From assembly GCF_006345805.1 (NCBI RefSeq), contig NC_042998.1:107570001-107634000 (forward strand): DNA of 64,000 bases, given 5' to 3'. This document shows positions 49,872-62,733 of the stretch, piece after piece. This stretch comes from Octopus sinensis (Eukaryota). The translations under genes and the position numbers were made by a program. Position 1 is the stretch's first letter; every line of letters starts with the position of its first letter. The notes beneath the pieces were generated by a model. It had not been told where the DNA came from and did no database searches. It saw only the letters and a list, made by a program, of their open reading frames with translations.

Positions 49872-50949
49872 CTTGATAGTAAATTTATTTAGGAAAATAA
49901 AATACTAAAATCACTTATTTGTAAAACTTGATATGACCACAACTAAATAATATATAGGAACATTGAAAGAAACTAGTTTGTGTAACATTCAAGCTTTTCT
50001 TAAAGTTATTAACAGCTTGAATAAAGTGAACTGTCTTTTATTTGTGAGTAGATTCATAGTAGAACAAGCACACTCAAAATTACACATTCATTAAGTTATT
50101 CACAGTGTTAATATTCTTATATATCACAGATAATACATGGGAGAACTTAAGTTGTAGATTTGGTGAAACAAGTTGTAGTTAAGATATTGCAAGTGTAGAG
50201 AAAAAATTAGTTATTCATTAATATTTTTTTTTCATTTCAAACTTCTCATTCTTTTAAACTGCCAGTAAATCTGAATGGATTAGACTTAAGCATGTTTGAG
50301 CAAGTCTAACCTGAAGCTCAGCAACAATTAGGGTTAACCTGAGTTTATCAATAGATTAGACAGACAACTGCCATTTCTGTAGACATCCATTCCTTCCCAA
50401 AGATTGCATATTGACAATAGAACAGGATTGCTTCACCAGGCTATTTCATGTAAGAAAACTCCTCAAACTACTGCTCTGTACTTCTGTTAATGTGAACTGA
50501 GCTTTATACCTTGATGGGAACATCAAAGGAAGAAAGCTAGTAATATTGCATATGGTGATCTAACCCCTCTGTTTTTTTTTATATCTTATAATATTACACC
50601 AAGATGAAGATATGGGATAAGAGCAGAAACTAGAATAGGATTTAATGGTTGTAACTGTTTCTGTTTATAGAAATCATCAAAGACAAAACAAATCAAGATT
50701 GTTTCTTATTTAACAGAGTTAATAAATCTGGCTCCTACTTTTCCCTCATAATATTCTATATGAAACCATTATATAATGAAAACATTATTGCATTTACTTC
50801 ATGCTTTATCGAATAGTCAAGCCAAAAGTTTCTAATTCATATTGAGACAGAAAATAAATGAAATGTAAGATAATGTACTTTTTATTATTATTTTTATTAA
50901 TATTAATCAGACTGTGTGAGGAGTAGAGATAGTCCCTATGACCTTTGTA

Positions 50950-52025
50950 AGTCAAGGAAAATTCTGCAGACAGTAATTCACTGATGCCAATTCACCAATG
51001 GCAATTTACCAATCAACAATTCACCAACTAGCAAATTCATATACAAGTAAATGAATGATCAATATACTCAACAGGGGCAAATTAATAAATACTAATATCA
51101 TAATATAATCAAGGGTTAAAAAAATAAAAATAAAAATACTTATTACTCCCAAAATTTATTTTAAAACAGTGAAAACATTGACAAAACTTTGGAAGGATTT
51201 CTAAAATGAGATGACATGAACTAAGTCCTTAAAATATGGATTGATAGACCCTTCGGTTTGTATTTGGGCTGTGACTACTGAGGATATGCGTAAGTTTGCA
51301 AGAAATGAAGCTAGTATGCTCCGTTGGATGTGTAATGTCAGTGTGCATGCATGACAGAGTATAAGTGCCCTGAGAGAAAAGTTGGATATAAGAAGCATCA
51401 GATGTGGTGTGCAAGAGAGACGACTGCACTGGTATGGTCATGTGTTGTGTATGGATGAGGACAGCTGTTTGAAAAAGTGTCACACCCTAGCAGTAGAGGG
51501 AACCTGTGGAAGAAGTAGACCCAAGAAAACCTGGGATGAGTTGGTGAAGCACAACCTTCAAACGTTGGGCCTCACAGAGATGATGACGAGTGACTGAGAC
51601 CTTTGGAGATATGCTGTGCTTGAGAAGATATCTTTGGAGATATACTGTGCTTGAGAAGTACCATTTGAGCACCATTTGAGCGTGGTTGTTGCCAGAGTAC
51701 TGTCTGACTGGCCCTCGTGTTGGTGGCACATAAAAAGCACCCACTACCATCTACTCTTGGAGTAGATGGTGTTAGGAAGGGCATCCAGCTGTAGAAACTT
51801 TGCCAGATCAGATTGGAGCCTGATACAGCCTTCTGGCTTGCCAGTCCTCAGTCAAACCATCCTTCCCATGCCAGCATGGAAAGCGAACATTAAATGACGA
51901 TGATGATGATGAACAAATCTTTATTCTTTTGACATAGTCACAATATTTTCATCTCTTTGAAGGAGGATTTTGCTAAATGGCAAATTGCTGGTCAATGAAT
52001 TGTTATCAGTGAATTTTACATGCAA
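50950..52025. mobile_element. Possible MITE with degenerate inverted ends, containing an RTE 3' fragment
   Basis: Left aattcactgatgccaattcaccaatggcaattt versus right gcaaattgctggtcaatgaattgttatcagtgaatt. Confidence 0.35.
51265..51912 (+). mobile_element. RTE 3' fragment with (GAT)n tail
   Basis: WAVTTEDMRK.ARNEASMLRWMCNV...ERRLHWYGHV...EGTCGRSRPKKTW. Confidence 0.92.
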
Positions 52026-53029
52026 TTAAATTTCTTTGATTATTGGAATGAGATGGGTAGAGAAATTAAACTATTAAAACTTTATTTAATTAATGGTTTC
52101 TTACATAGGCATCAGGCAAAACATTCTGAAGAGTCAGGTATAGTTGATGAAATTAAAACCAGTATTTTCTTAGTGTTCTCTTTTTGTTAACTTGAGAGAA
52201 ATAAAAAGTCAAGTCAATCCTGCCATGTTTCGAACATAGGATTGGAGGGCAAAATTAAATACTGTAAGATATTCAGGCTAATTCTCTTCTGTCAGCTTGA
52301 TTATTTAATGTTAAATGAAATAATAGCTTGTGCCAGAGACTGTGTTCTGAACCATCATGTTCATATTTCCCAGCTTTAGATCACAGCTACCATAAAATGC
52401 ATTAACCTCATGTGATTATGTCTCAGCCGATCACATCAGTTGGAATGCCAAATGGTTAATAAAATGTTACGAAACCTTTTGCCAATGGTATATAAAAAGG
52501 TTAGAAATCTAATTAAAAAGAGAGCATTTCTATGTGATATCTTCTCAGTTATTCTATCTTCAGTATTAATAATGGCTGAAAGTTCTCCATTGAGTTATGT
52601 AACTAAATCTCACAAAAAGTTATTTTTATCTAATTATGAATCACTGTGGTATCATATATCAGCGTGTTGCAATGACCAAATGTGTTTTTATCCATTAATT
52701 TTCAAAGGCTATTATTTATTCAACTGTTGTAGAAATGTATATATTACATTCCTGGTTAAATAAACCAGAATGTTTTATTGTGTCTGGGGACAGAATGAAA
52801 AATTATACTTAATTCAGTGTGATTTATGAATTGAACACAAATGATGTTAATCATTGATTATTCATTAACTGCATCACAACAACACTAAAAGCTGATGGCA
52901 AGCTGAGATTGAGGTTTCTAGTTTTCTTTCATTTACAACATTAATACACAAGCAAACAAGACAACTTCATATATCTCCTCTAAAAATACACAGTTTGACA
53001 GTTAATGTAAAAGAGACTGATTGTATTAC

Positions 53030-53286
53030 CATTTGTCAAGAGTTCGTTAGTGTCTGCTTGGTCAAGAAAGTTGGTAAACTGGTGGTTGTCTAGAATAGCT
53101 TTGATTGCTAAGTTCTGTCCAATTTGTGTCTTCAAGCTTTCAACTTGGGTTGCTTTGTGTATGATTTCTTCAAGATATTCCTCGGATTTAATCTTAGCAG
53201 TGTTGTATTCTGCCGTTTTGAACTTCACAACTTTTGTCACATTTTGCAATCTTTCTCTGGTGTCTTTCAATTTCGTAATTGTCTTA
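53030..53286 (-). CDS. Dynein-like exon 6 (stalk CC1)
   Basis: aactag|...G|gtaata, 257 nt, phase 2-1; KTITKLKDTRERLQNVTKVV coiled-coil pattern. Confidence 0.88.
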
Positions 53287-53939
53287 CTAGTTCATAATGA
53301 AAGAGTAAGTAGAAAGATTATATGACTTGTACATTAGACACCATACAATAAGCAGCTAATTTGATGGATTTGGATTTTAAGAATATATTCAAAGAAAGTA
53401 ATTATGGAAAATACTATGTAATATTTAATCAATCCTTTCTCTCTCTCACACACACACAATGTACTTGTGCACACATGTATGTTGGGATGGGTTAGAAAGG
53501 TTGTCACAGACCTTGTTAGTTCTTATTTGGAGTTGATGTCTTCCTAAATGGGATGGGGATCACACCTTGCTCATATGTTCTATTTTTGGCAAGTATCCTC
53601 TGGCTGGATGCCTTTTCTATCATCAACTATTTTATGAAGTGTACTTCATTATGGCAACAACACTCAAGTTCACATATCCTTGGCAAAACTAAAGTGTCCT
53701 CTTTATGCTGTCTCTGTTTGCCAGCCACTTCAGTGGGTGTACTAGGTGAATTTTACTGAAGCACTTAAACTAAAGAGGTAGCCTTGTCCTTGGCAAAACT
53801 AAAAAGTCTTTCCTACCTTATGTTGTCTCTATTCATTCTTTATCACAAGAGGATTGTCTCATCCTCAGCAAATAGAAAGAATTAGGGAATGATGAAAGAG
53901 AATGAAAGGGTGACAGAGGAGAGAGTAAATAGAGGGTGA

Positions 53940-53941
53940 GA

Positions 53942-53998
<57 letters not shown>

Positions 53999-54116
53999 CT
54001 AAACAATGACTATTGGTAAGGAGATAAAAACAGCATGAATGGCATGATGGGGAAAGACCAAGTTGATAAAAGGGGAGATAAAATGACAGAAGTGGGAACA
54101 TGACAGAAGTGGGAAC

Positions 54117-54197
<81 letters not shown>
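53940..54197. repeat. Two long (GA)n tracts plus (TG)n
   Basis: Read directly at 53956-53996 and 54118-54197. Confidence 0.95.
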
Positions 54198-54199
<2 letters not shown>

Positions 54200-54591
54200 A
54201 TGTAAGAGAAAGTGTGCAGGATATATGTGTGTATGTAAAGATGTCTAATCTCTGAATAAAAACATATCATGGGGAGTATTTGATTAGTAACTAGAGGTAA
54301 AAAAGTTTTGATTCTTACTAGAATCTTTGGCACCTCATTTAAATAAGATTGAGCTTCTATGTGGTTACTTAATGTAGTTTAAATATAATTGAAATCTGGC
54401 TCAATTCACACCCTGTCATTACAAAAAAGACGCATTTGACTACATATCCTCTGATAAAATGCAAACATGAAATGATGATATCTAGAATGTTTTAGATCAA
54501 GGTCTGCTCAATCAGGGTTGACTACAGACTAAAAACAACAACAAGCAGTGGCACAACCACAACAGCAACATTTATTTACATTTTAACTTAC

Positions 54592-54732
54592 TTGATTTTT
54601 GCCATTTTTTCTTTCTGTTCATTATTTTTCAAATTAATGAGGTATTGAAAACAGTGAAGTAGCTGTTCATAAGTCTTTGTAGATATGAAATTTGCTTGAT
54701 TAGTTGAGGAAGAAGATACTTCTTGTTGTAGC
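54592..54732 (-). CDS. Dynein-like exon 5 (pre-stalk)
   Basis: gcttag|...AA|gtaagt, 141 nt, phase 2-2; NFISTKTYEQLLHCFQYLINLK resembles YVTPKSYLELI..F..L..K. Confidence 0.88.
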
Positions 54733-55217
54733 CTAAGCAAAAGCAATTTTTTATATAGTTAGTTTCATTTGAAGTAATTTTAACAAAGCTTAATCAAGTG
54801 GAAATAATATAACATAAAATATTTTAATCATAAGGAATGTTAAGTTTGCTATAAATTCATATTAATATTAATATGTGAATTATAAGGAATTTTATGGGTA
54901 AAAATATAAACTGAAGATTGAATGAAAACGAAAATATAAAACAAAATTAATGAAATTATTTCATTAAAATGTTTACATTTCTTTATTTTACACATAAAAT
55001 AAATATGAATGTATTTTAATAGCTTGTTTTTGTTCTCTCAGTCTTATGCTATAGTTCAAAGAAAATAGAAAAGAACAAATTAGACATTTTGAAATTATAA
55101 GACAATCTGGCTTTCTTTAAACAATTTATATTATGAACATATATATAGTGTTTAGAATGTTCTCGACTAATTCAAAGTAACAATGACCTGGTAATAAACT
55201 GTGGAGTGACAAAAGGG

Positions 55218-55305
55218 CTCTAAACTCTGGAATGATGGTAGTGACTCTAAAATCTGAGGTGATAGCAGTGACCCTAAATTCTGGAATCATGATTATTATT
55301 CTAAC
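55218..55305. repeat. Degenerate 27-bp tandem repeat, about 3.3 units
   Basis: ctctaaactctggaatgatggtagtga / ctctaaaatctgaggtgatagcagtga / ccctaaattctggaatcatgattatta. Confidence 0.75.
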
Positions 55306-55792
55306 TTTGTTTCAAAAGTAAAAGTATTCATTCTGCATAGACAGACAAGAGTCGCTGATAATATTTTGGAGTTGTCATTAACCCTTATTAACCATGTTAT
55401 ATGAAATATACTAGTATATATCTAGAGCATCATATCAAAACAAAATAGTTGTCAGTATGAAGTACATTAGATTTTTTAAAAAGTTTTAAAAGTCAAAGAA
55501 AAAGCATCAAAGTGTTGCTCAACTTGTTAAAACCTTTGGCTAAATTTCTTTCGAAAGCTATTCTAGGACACAATAACATCTAGAGCGGGGAAAAAAATGA
55601 TGGAAAGTCACAGCTAGAATGCTTTTGAATTCCATATTCCTGTTTGATTAGGGATGACTTGAACTAAACATCATTAAAAAAACCCAACTTTTTTTAAAGC
55701 TGTTTTAAGAAGTAGAGCCTATTTTTCTTCATTCAGTCAAACAAGAGAAAGAGTTAAGTGTATTGCTCAAGATACAACAGAATAACAGTAAT

Positions 55793-56218
55793 ATCATCAT
55801 TATCATCATCATTGTTGTAGCATCCACCTTTCCATGCTTGCCTGGGTTGGATGAAGTTTGTAGAGGCAGATATTCTACAACTAGATGCCCTTCCTGTTAC
55901 CAAACCCTCACCTATTTCCAAATAAGGTAAATATTTCACCATGACCAGGTATGTTTTTACAGAAGGTTGGAAATGAAGAATGGTGATGCTCATTTACAAT
56001 TATCATGCAGTGTTAAGACAAGGAGACACCAACACTCATACACACATGCATGCAAACACATATACAACAGGCTTCTTTCAGTTTCTGTCCACCAAATCCA
56101 CTCACAAGGCTTTGGTCAGCCAAGGACATAGAAGACACTTGCTCAAGGTGCTGTGCAGTGGGACTGATCCTGAAACCTTATGGTTGAGAAGCAAACTTAT
56201 ACCTACACAGCCACACCT
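55793..56218 (-). mobile_element. RTE-tail copy (55793-55905) followed by a SINE family A 5' half (56060-56218)
   Basis: catcatcatt...ccatgcttgcctggg...gatgcccttcct; caggcttctttcagtttc...gaagacacttgctcaagg. Confidence 0.7.
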
Positions 56219-57659
56219 GTGTCTAATACTATTTTACAAACAAAATATAATTTCAGTTATGTAAAAAATTTGCTGTGATGAGGTAGCATAGATTTCACAT
56301 GTGAGGAGCTGATTCATAAACCTTAGCAAATGTAATATATTTATTAATATCTAGTTGAGTAGGCACACTATGTATTAGTATCAAAGTGTTAAGTGTAATA
56401 TATTAGTATAGTGTTTGCACTGTAAGTGTAACAATTATTTGTGTTTAGTTAATGAGTGTAACATGTTTTAGTGTTTTGTTGGTAATTCTAACATATTTTA
56501 GCAATTAGTTGGTAACTTAACTCTTTTGATACCAATCTACCTGAGATTGTCCCAGGTTCTATGATACAAACTTTCTGTTTTAAACTGATATAAATTAAAA
56601 CCCTTCATCAAAATTTCATGTTTCAAACACCAGCTTATTAATGGCAAAGTTATTTTACTAAATTCTTCATTATTATTTTCAAGGCAGAGTGTTCCAACAA
56701 AAAATCTGGTAACAAAATTGTTGGTATCCAGTTGCTGACATTATGCTGAGATCCCTGACACAAAAGGCAAGTTCAAGTTTTGTCACTGATCATTTCATTG
56801 GAAAATAGGTACCAGATCTGTCAATCTATAATAGGCTAGCATCCTATTCCAGAAACATTTGTTAAAATATGAATTTATTGAAATCTAATGGAATTGCACA
56901 GTAAATTGTAGTGCTTACAGCATTAGACTGTGATACCCATTTACAGAAAGACAGGGTTGTTGAGACATAAATAATCCTGTTAGGAACATAGTATTGTATT
57001 CATGATGGCATATGCATTGGTGAATCCTCAGTAACTAATGATACTGTTAGCTATGACTGTGAAACAGTTAAATATTTTAATAGTGGTGAAAAATGGGTCA
57101 TCACAGCAGAACGGTGAAGAGAAACCAAAGCTGTAGAAATAAGGTGCTATCAGCCTATATATCATAGACCCTGAAATGAATTTTGTTGAAAGATCTTACA
57201 AGTAATTGGTCCCCTGGAGTTATATATTCACTCATCAATGAAGCAAAAACTGAAATAACTGAGCTACTCTTATCGCCAGATCATCCAATCTTTTTTACAA
57301 AGGCCATCTTACAAGACACAATTCATGGTAGAATATAGCAAAGTAAACAAAAGAAGAAATAGTTAACAATATGAAATAGAGTAGAGTAGGATTTCTGTGA
57401 AATCAAAATGTCTATAATCTATAATGTACAGAATGAAAAGAGATTAGCAGTGAAACCATTCGGTATCTCCAAAAGAAGAGATAATGGTGGGACAACATGA
57501 ATACACAGAATTAGACTTCAATAATCTCCAGGAAACATTAAAGAACATGATGGTAAGATGAAGACAAATTATACAATCATAACGGTGCCTCCACTGATAT
57601 ACCAAAGTTATGCAAACAAGTAATCGTAAAATAGAACTATAAATTATAAGAAAAATTAC

Positions 57660-57863
57660 CCAATATGATCTAGAAGTAGCCTTTGAGTATATGGTAAATT
57701 ACCGACAGTTTCATTAAATACTTTTACTGGATCTGTCTTGCAATCTGAAGATTCTACTTGTACAATTTCAGTATGTGAGGCAAGGTTTCCAGTCCAAGGT
57801 GCTTTGTTATATTCTTTAAACATGAATTTATGAATATTTGTCAGGCATTTAATAATTCGGTTC
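57660..57863 (-). CDS. Dynein-like exon 4 (AAA4 small domain, with insert)
   Basis: tttcag|...GG|gtaatt, 204 nt, phase 2-2; NRIIKCLTNIHKFMFKEYNKAPW...LLLDHIG, open in the required phase. Confidence 0.82.
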
Positions 57864-59095
57864 CTGAAACGAAATCATCATTATTATTGTGTAATGTCAA
57901 TGTTTTTATTTGACTTTCATAATACCACTAACTGTTACATGCCATTCATATCTTGTTTTTAATGTGGAAGTGTCTGCCATTTCCCAACAGGTATAATAAT
58001 TTATCTGGTCATGTCTGAGGACATAGTCAGCATTTGTGAAGTTTAATTGGCCAGAAATCAAGTAGTGAGCTGATATTTGCTTCTTAAGTTACTTCATGTT
58101 GGTAGTTTTTGTAGCTAAAATCAAAACTTCCAAACCTGCTCTTAACCAAATTTTTCCTCAGTGTTGGCACATACACAAACATACACATAAGCACACAACA
58201 TATATACAAACATTATATATATATTATATATGAGTAAATAAATTAAACTGCATAACATGAGTTTTGTCCTTGGGTAGCAACTGTTATTTCTTATTTGTTT
58301 ATCCCTAGAAAGTAAGAAAAATGGCTAATATTTCATTCAAACTTTGCTTTGTTACATTTATTTAAACTTTAAAGAATTCTCACAACACAAGGTTATGATG
58401 CACTCCCACTACTCCAGCCCTTGGTCAGAGATGCACATACTGTCAGCCACTAAGGGACATGCTTAAGCGGTTAAGGTTAGGCAACTAACAAGCAAATTTG
58501 TGGCAATGAGCTATGATAATTTTTCTGCTTTAGCAACTCAGTGCTGAATCTGTCTGAAATGAAATGGAAAATAGGTCAGTTTCAAAACATTGTCCAAGTA
58601 ACAAAAGCAAAGTTTGACGGGAATAGTAGTCATTTCCTCTGATTTCTAGATAGAAGCAAATAGGAAATAACACTTACTGACTAAAGACAAAAAAAAAAAA
58701 GTTACACAGCGTTATATATGAGTAAATAAAGGACCATCTAAGTGATCACTTGGCTTGTTAGAAATAGTAACCAAATCTACTTCAAACAACATCCTAATAT
58801 CTTAATAAAAGAAGGATACATGAAGTAATGTAGACCTATATATGTCTGAAGTAAGGATGATCAAAGTGAAAACACTTTTGATCATATGTCAGTTGGATCA
58901 GGATTGCTCTGGGGTTAACAACGACAACAGTAGCAGCAATAAGTGATACAAACAGATTAGTGGTTGGTATGGACAAAAATGTCTTGACACTCACAGTTGG
59001 CTATGACTAGGTACATCTCCCTTTTGTGAGCAAGAGAGGCGACATTCAGAGACACAAAAAGGTTAAATGATATTACTTTATCAATATTGTGTTAC

Positions 59096-59221
59096 CTTAA
59101 ATTGTTCTCATGGAACATTCCAGATTCATTTAAGTAACGAGTTGTCATAGAAACAAGGGTCTCTTCTGACCATTCAAGCAACCAATTTATCTGGCAACTT
59201 TTCAAGATTCCTGGGTATTCT
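59096..59221 (-). CDS. Dynein-like exon 3 (AAA4 end)
   Basis: ctcag|...AG|gtaaca, 126 nt, phase 2-2; EYPGILKSCQINWLLEWSEETLVSMTTRYL resembles FP.L...C.IDWF..WP.EAL..VA..FL. Confidence 0.92.
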
Positions 59222-59572
59222 CTGAGCAAGAACAACAGAACAAATAAAAGTGAAGACATAATTAAAACATACAGAGAAAATAAAAAAAATACCAAATTTA
59301 TGATTTGCACGTGAACATGTAATATTTAAAAATAATATAGACATGTAGGATCTAGAGGTAATACAAACATGTGGTAACAAAACTCAATAGTGCAGACTTG
59401 TAAACCTTGACAGCAGTAATGTAGATGTGTAGGACTGAAAGTAGTATAAATATGTAAGATTTAACAGTAATATAGACATATAACACTTAGCAGGAATGAA
59501 AACATATAAGACTTATAGTGATACAGACATGTCATACTGGATTATCATAACGATTTTTTTTTTAATATTAAT

Positions 59573-59820
59573 ATTAAGGTAGTGAGCTGGCTGAATCATT
59601 AGCATACTAGGCAAAATGCTTAGCAGCATTTCATCCGTCTTTGTGTTCTGCGTTCAAATTCTGTTGAGGCAAACTTTACCTTTCATCCCATTTGGGTTCG
59701 ATAAAATAAGTACCAGTTGAACACTGGGGTTAATGTAATTGATTTAACCCTAACCCCCCCCCCCTAAAAAAAAACCAAAAACATTACTGGTCTTGTCCCA
59801 AAATTTGAAACCAATATTTA
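59573..59820 (+). mobile_element. tRNA-derived SINE, family B
   Basis: ggtagtgagctggctgaatcattagc...gttcaaattctgttgagg...tttcatccc...gataaaataagtaccagttgaacactgggg. Confidence 0.8.
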
Positions 59821-61045
59821 CATAACAGAACTAATATTCAAATCAGTCTACTTGATTTAGTTATAAACATAATAGCAGTAGCTTTAAAACAGAATTTTGC
59901 AGTGGCTATATAAGGTATTTGATTGTTGATGAAGGCATAATAAACCAGAAACAATGGTAACCAGTTGATCCCACTTTAACTGTCCACAGTGAAGTTGTAC
60001 AATTTGTATGTAAATAACTTCAGAAATGTGGAATAAACATGAAATATAATGTAAACATGTAGAATTTAACAACATAATTATTTTCAGACATATAGGATTT
60101 AGAATTGTAATGTAGATGTCAAAAACTTAATAGATTTGTTGTTGTTAAATCTGAAGTCAACAATGATTAAGCAGAAAGATGATCAAAGACATTCCATTCA
60201 TGATCACCTTACCTTTTGTCAAGCATAATATATCCCAGACTATTTTAATGAATAGGTAATTTATTTTTAAGACAGTAAGATGTATTTTGAGGAGATTTGA
60301 TTAATTCTAGCAGGTCAAACAGCCACATAATGATATCTGATTTGGCTCAACCTAAAATTGTAATGGACTTAACAGATATGTAATGCAGACATTGGAGAGA
60401 TTAATAAAATAGTCATTGTAGACATTTGGACTTAACTGAATTGTTATGCGGACACGTAGGGACAACAACATAATGATCATGATGATGTAGAGCATATAAA
60501 AATTGTTATGTAGAGAGGTAGGAGTGAAAGGAATCTTTATATAGAAATAAATTATAGTATCTTGGGTTCCTTTAGTAGAGTCCACTTTAGTGTAAGTATT
60601 CATATCAGGTTTTCTAGTTCTGAGCTTGACTTTATATTTTGATGCACTACTTCTGTACTAAAACCTTTGTGTAGTGTCACTGTTTGAGGGTTAAGGTGGA
60701 AGTGGTTGTCCAGCAAAGGGCTGCTGCCATATACAACTGGAACACAGCATATAGAGCAGCATTTGGGAGGCTGCTCTATATGCTGGCTGGTCCATCAGCA
60801 TCCACTGACTTCAAGTTGGGTTTATTTTAGAGATTGAAACCGTGATTAGCAGCTACGCATGAATCATAGTTCCTTCTTCTCTTTTACTTCTTGCTAGTCT
60901 TGGACATTTTGCAAAGATCATGGGTGTTGTTTTTCATCTAGCAACAAGGACTACAACAACAATCACTAATGTTTTGGTTTCATTACAGATTATTACAAAA
61001 GCTCTTAATGTTAGTAATCCTCTTAATTAGATGCAAATAGTTTAC

Positions 61046-61179
61046 CTGTATATATTGGATAATAAAGGGTTTGAGGGGGTTAAATGGATAAGAATGTGAA
61101 GGTTTCTCTTTACATTGTTGCAGAAATAAGTCACTGGCTTGATTGCTCGCTCCAGATGGTCTTTTTTCAACTGCAGTGA
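61046..61179 (-). CDS. Dynein-like exon 2 (AAA4)
   Basis: ttttag|...AG|gtaaac, 134 nt, phase 0-2; YFCNNVKRNLHILIHLTPSNPLLSNIYR resembles RVR.NLHIVL.MSP. Confidence 0.9.
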
Positions 61180-62187
61180 CTAAAATAGATGAAATTCAAC
61201 AATGATTGAAATAGAAATGAACAAATAGAGAAGAGTGAAGTTCTTAAAAAAATAAATGCATTTGATAAATAAAAGGATACATTGTTAAATAAAGTTGATA
61301 TTTTGAACTATAAAAACAATTTACAAGGAAGTGTCATTGACAAAAACATGTAGGTTGAGGCTTTACAAAATGCTTGCATTCTTTTTATTGTATTTCATAA
61401 ATACATTTTACATCTTCACCAATGACTTATCTAAACATAACTGTATTTGATGTTCTGTTATGGGTTAACTATTAATTAAGTTTAATTTGATTGTAAAATT
61501 TATATAGATTGTATGTGTAGGTTTGTGAAATAATTTCTGATACAGGCACATGCTACAAATTTTGTGGGAGGGAACAAACAATTAAATCAACTCTGGAACT
61601 TGATTGGTACTTTATTTTATGAACCCTGAAAAGTTGAAAGACAAAGCTGATCTTAGCAAGGTTGGAACCAAAAATGTAAAAAAACTGAATTTTCTTTAAA
61701 GAAATTTCTTATACTTGTTCTCTATCTGCAACTTTTGTGAGATCACATGGATAACACATGCCCACATGGTCATGAGTTAATAACTTTACAACAGATATTA
61801 TATTGTATCTGCTAGAAACAGCCGCTAAGTCTCCCTCAAATCACACCCTGATGTATCAAAAAATGGCACTTATGGACAAAGTAGTTATAGATGTATGAAA
61901 GACAGGATGATCATAGCTGGAATGCTTTTGATTAAGATCATAGATCTTGGTCAGAGATGAGGAAAACTGCCTATTTTCTGTGAGTGTAATTTTTATATTT
62001 GTATGAGATAATGAAACATTAGTTTGTTCTTATTAGACATAGAGATATATGTTGATGAGCTACAGGGGTATCTGTTGACAAGATACATATCTTCCTAGTT
62101 CAATACAAATGTTTATGCTGAGCAAATTCAGGACTTAGTGATTTATTAACAAATATTTGCCATCAATTTCCATAAGAAAAACCAAAC

Positions 62188-62295
62188 CTGGAGCAGTGTG
62201 GAAAGTTCTTCAGTAGAGTAAAGTGTTGTGTAATCTTCAATAACAAGGAAATTGTTAATACAATCCAGATGAAGAGGATCTAATAAATTGCTTTC
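62188..62295 (-). CDS. Dynein-like exon 1 in window (AAA4)
   Basis: cacag|...CAG|gtttgg, 108 nt, phase 0-0; ESNLLDPLHLDCINNFLVIEDYTTLYSTEELSTLLQ resembles the AAA4 LE.INN.L...E...LF..DE motif. Confidence 0.85.
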
Positions 62296-62733
62296 CTGTG
62301 TGGCAGAAAAAATAGATCAAATTATAAAATGGAAACAAAACAGCTTTTATTTACGAAGTATAATCACAGTGAAATGGTTGGAACCAGTAAAAGAATAGTT
62401 GATATAACTAATAAATACACCTTCCTAAAGTCTGAAAAGTATTTAGTAAAGATTTGAGAAAAAAGATAAAGTAAATTTTGTCATGAATATGGCAAAGACT
62501 GGAAAGGCAATCTGAATATTGAATATGAAGCATATTAAAAAAAAAGCTTAGAGAAATAAATGAAAAGGGCCAATGCAAGCATCTTTTTTTAATTAACTGA
62601 AATTTGCTTTTTAGTCTGATAAATTGTCAGAGGAGATGATTTCAAGAAATTAAAAATTAATCTTTCAAAGTTGAATTCACATTCTTGGAGGAAGGACAGT
62701 CTGAATTTTGTGTGCATGTTTATGGTGTATATA

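Larger units (their letters stand above)
1967..62295 (-). other. Multi-exon gene span: divergent dynein heavy chain-like protein (AAA4 end to C-terminal domain); 5' part lies beyond the window end
   Basis: 28 GT-AG exons with consistent phases translate into collinear dynein motor motifs: INNFL, KRNLHILIHLTP, EYPGILKSC-INW, FISTKTY, ANPPNLV, SW, YCSPF, WPILCDP, GDFEVECNPSFRLYL, WIILKNAH, FRCCL, LLYNICLL. The dynein class cannot be assigned without a search. Confidence 0.93.

Noticed and set aside
1967-62295. Assigning a specific symbol (DNAH-n or DNHD1)
   Set aside because: The sequence is too divergent, and the diagnostic tail and AAA1-AAA3 regions are outside the window; a phylogeny is needed.
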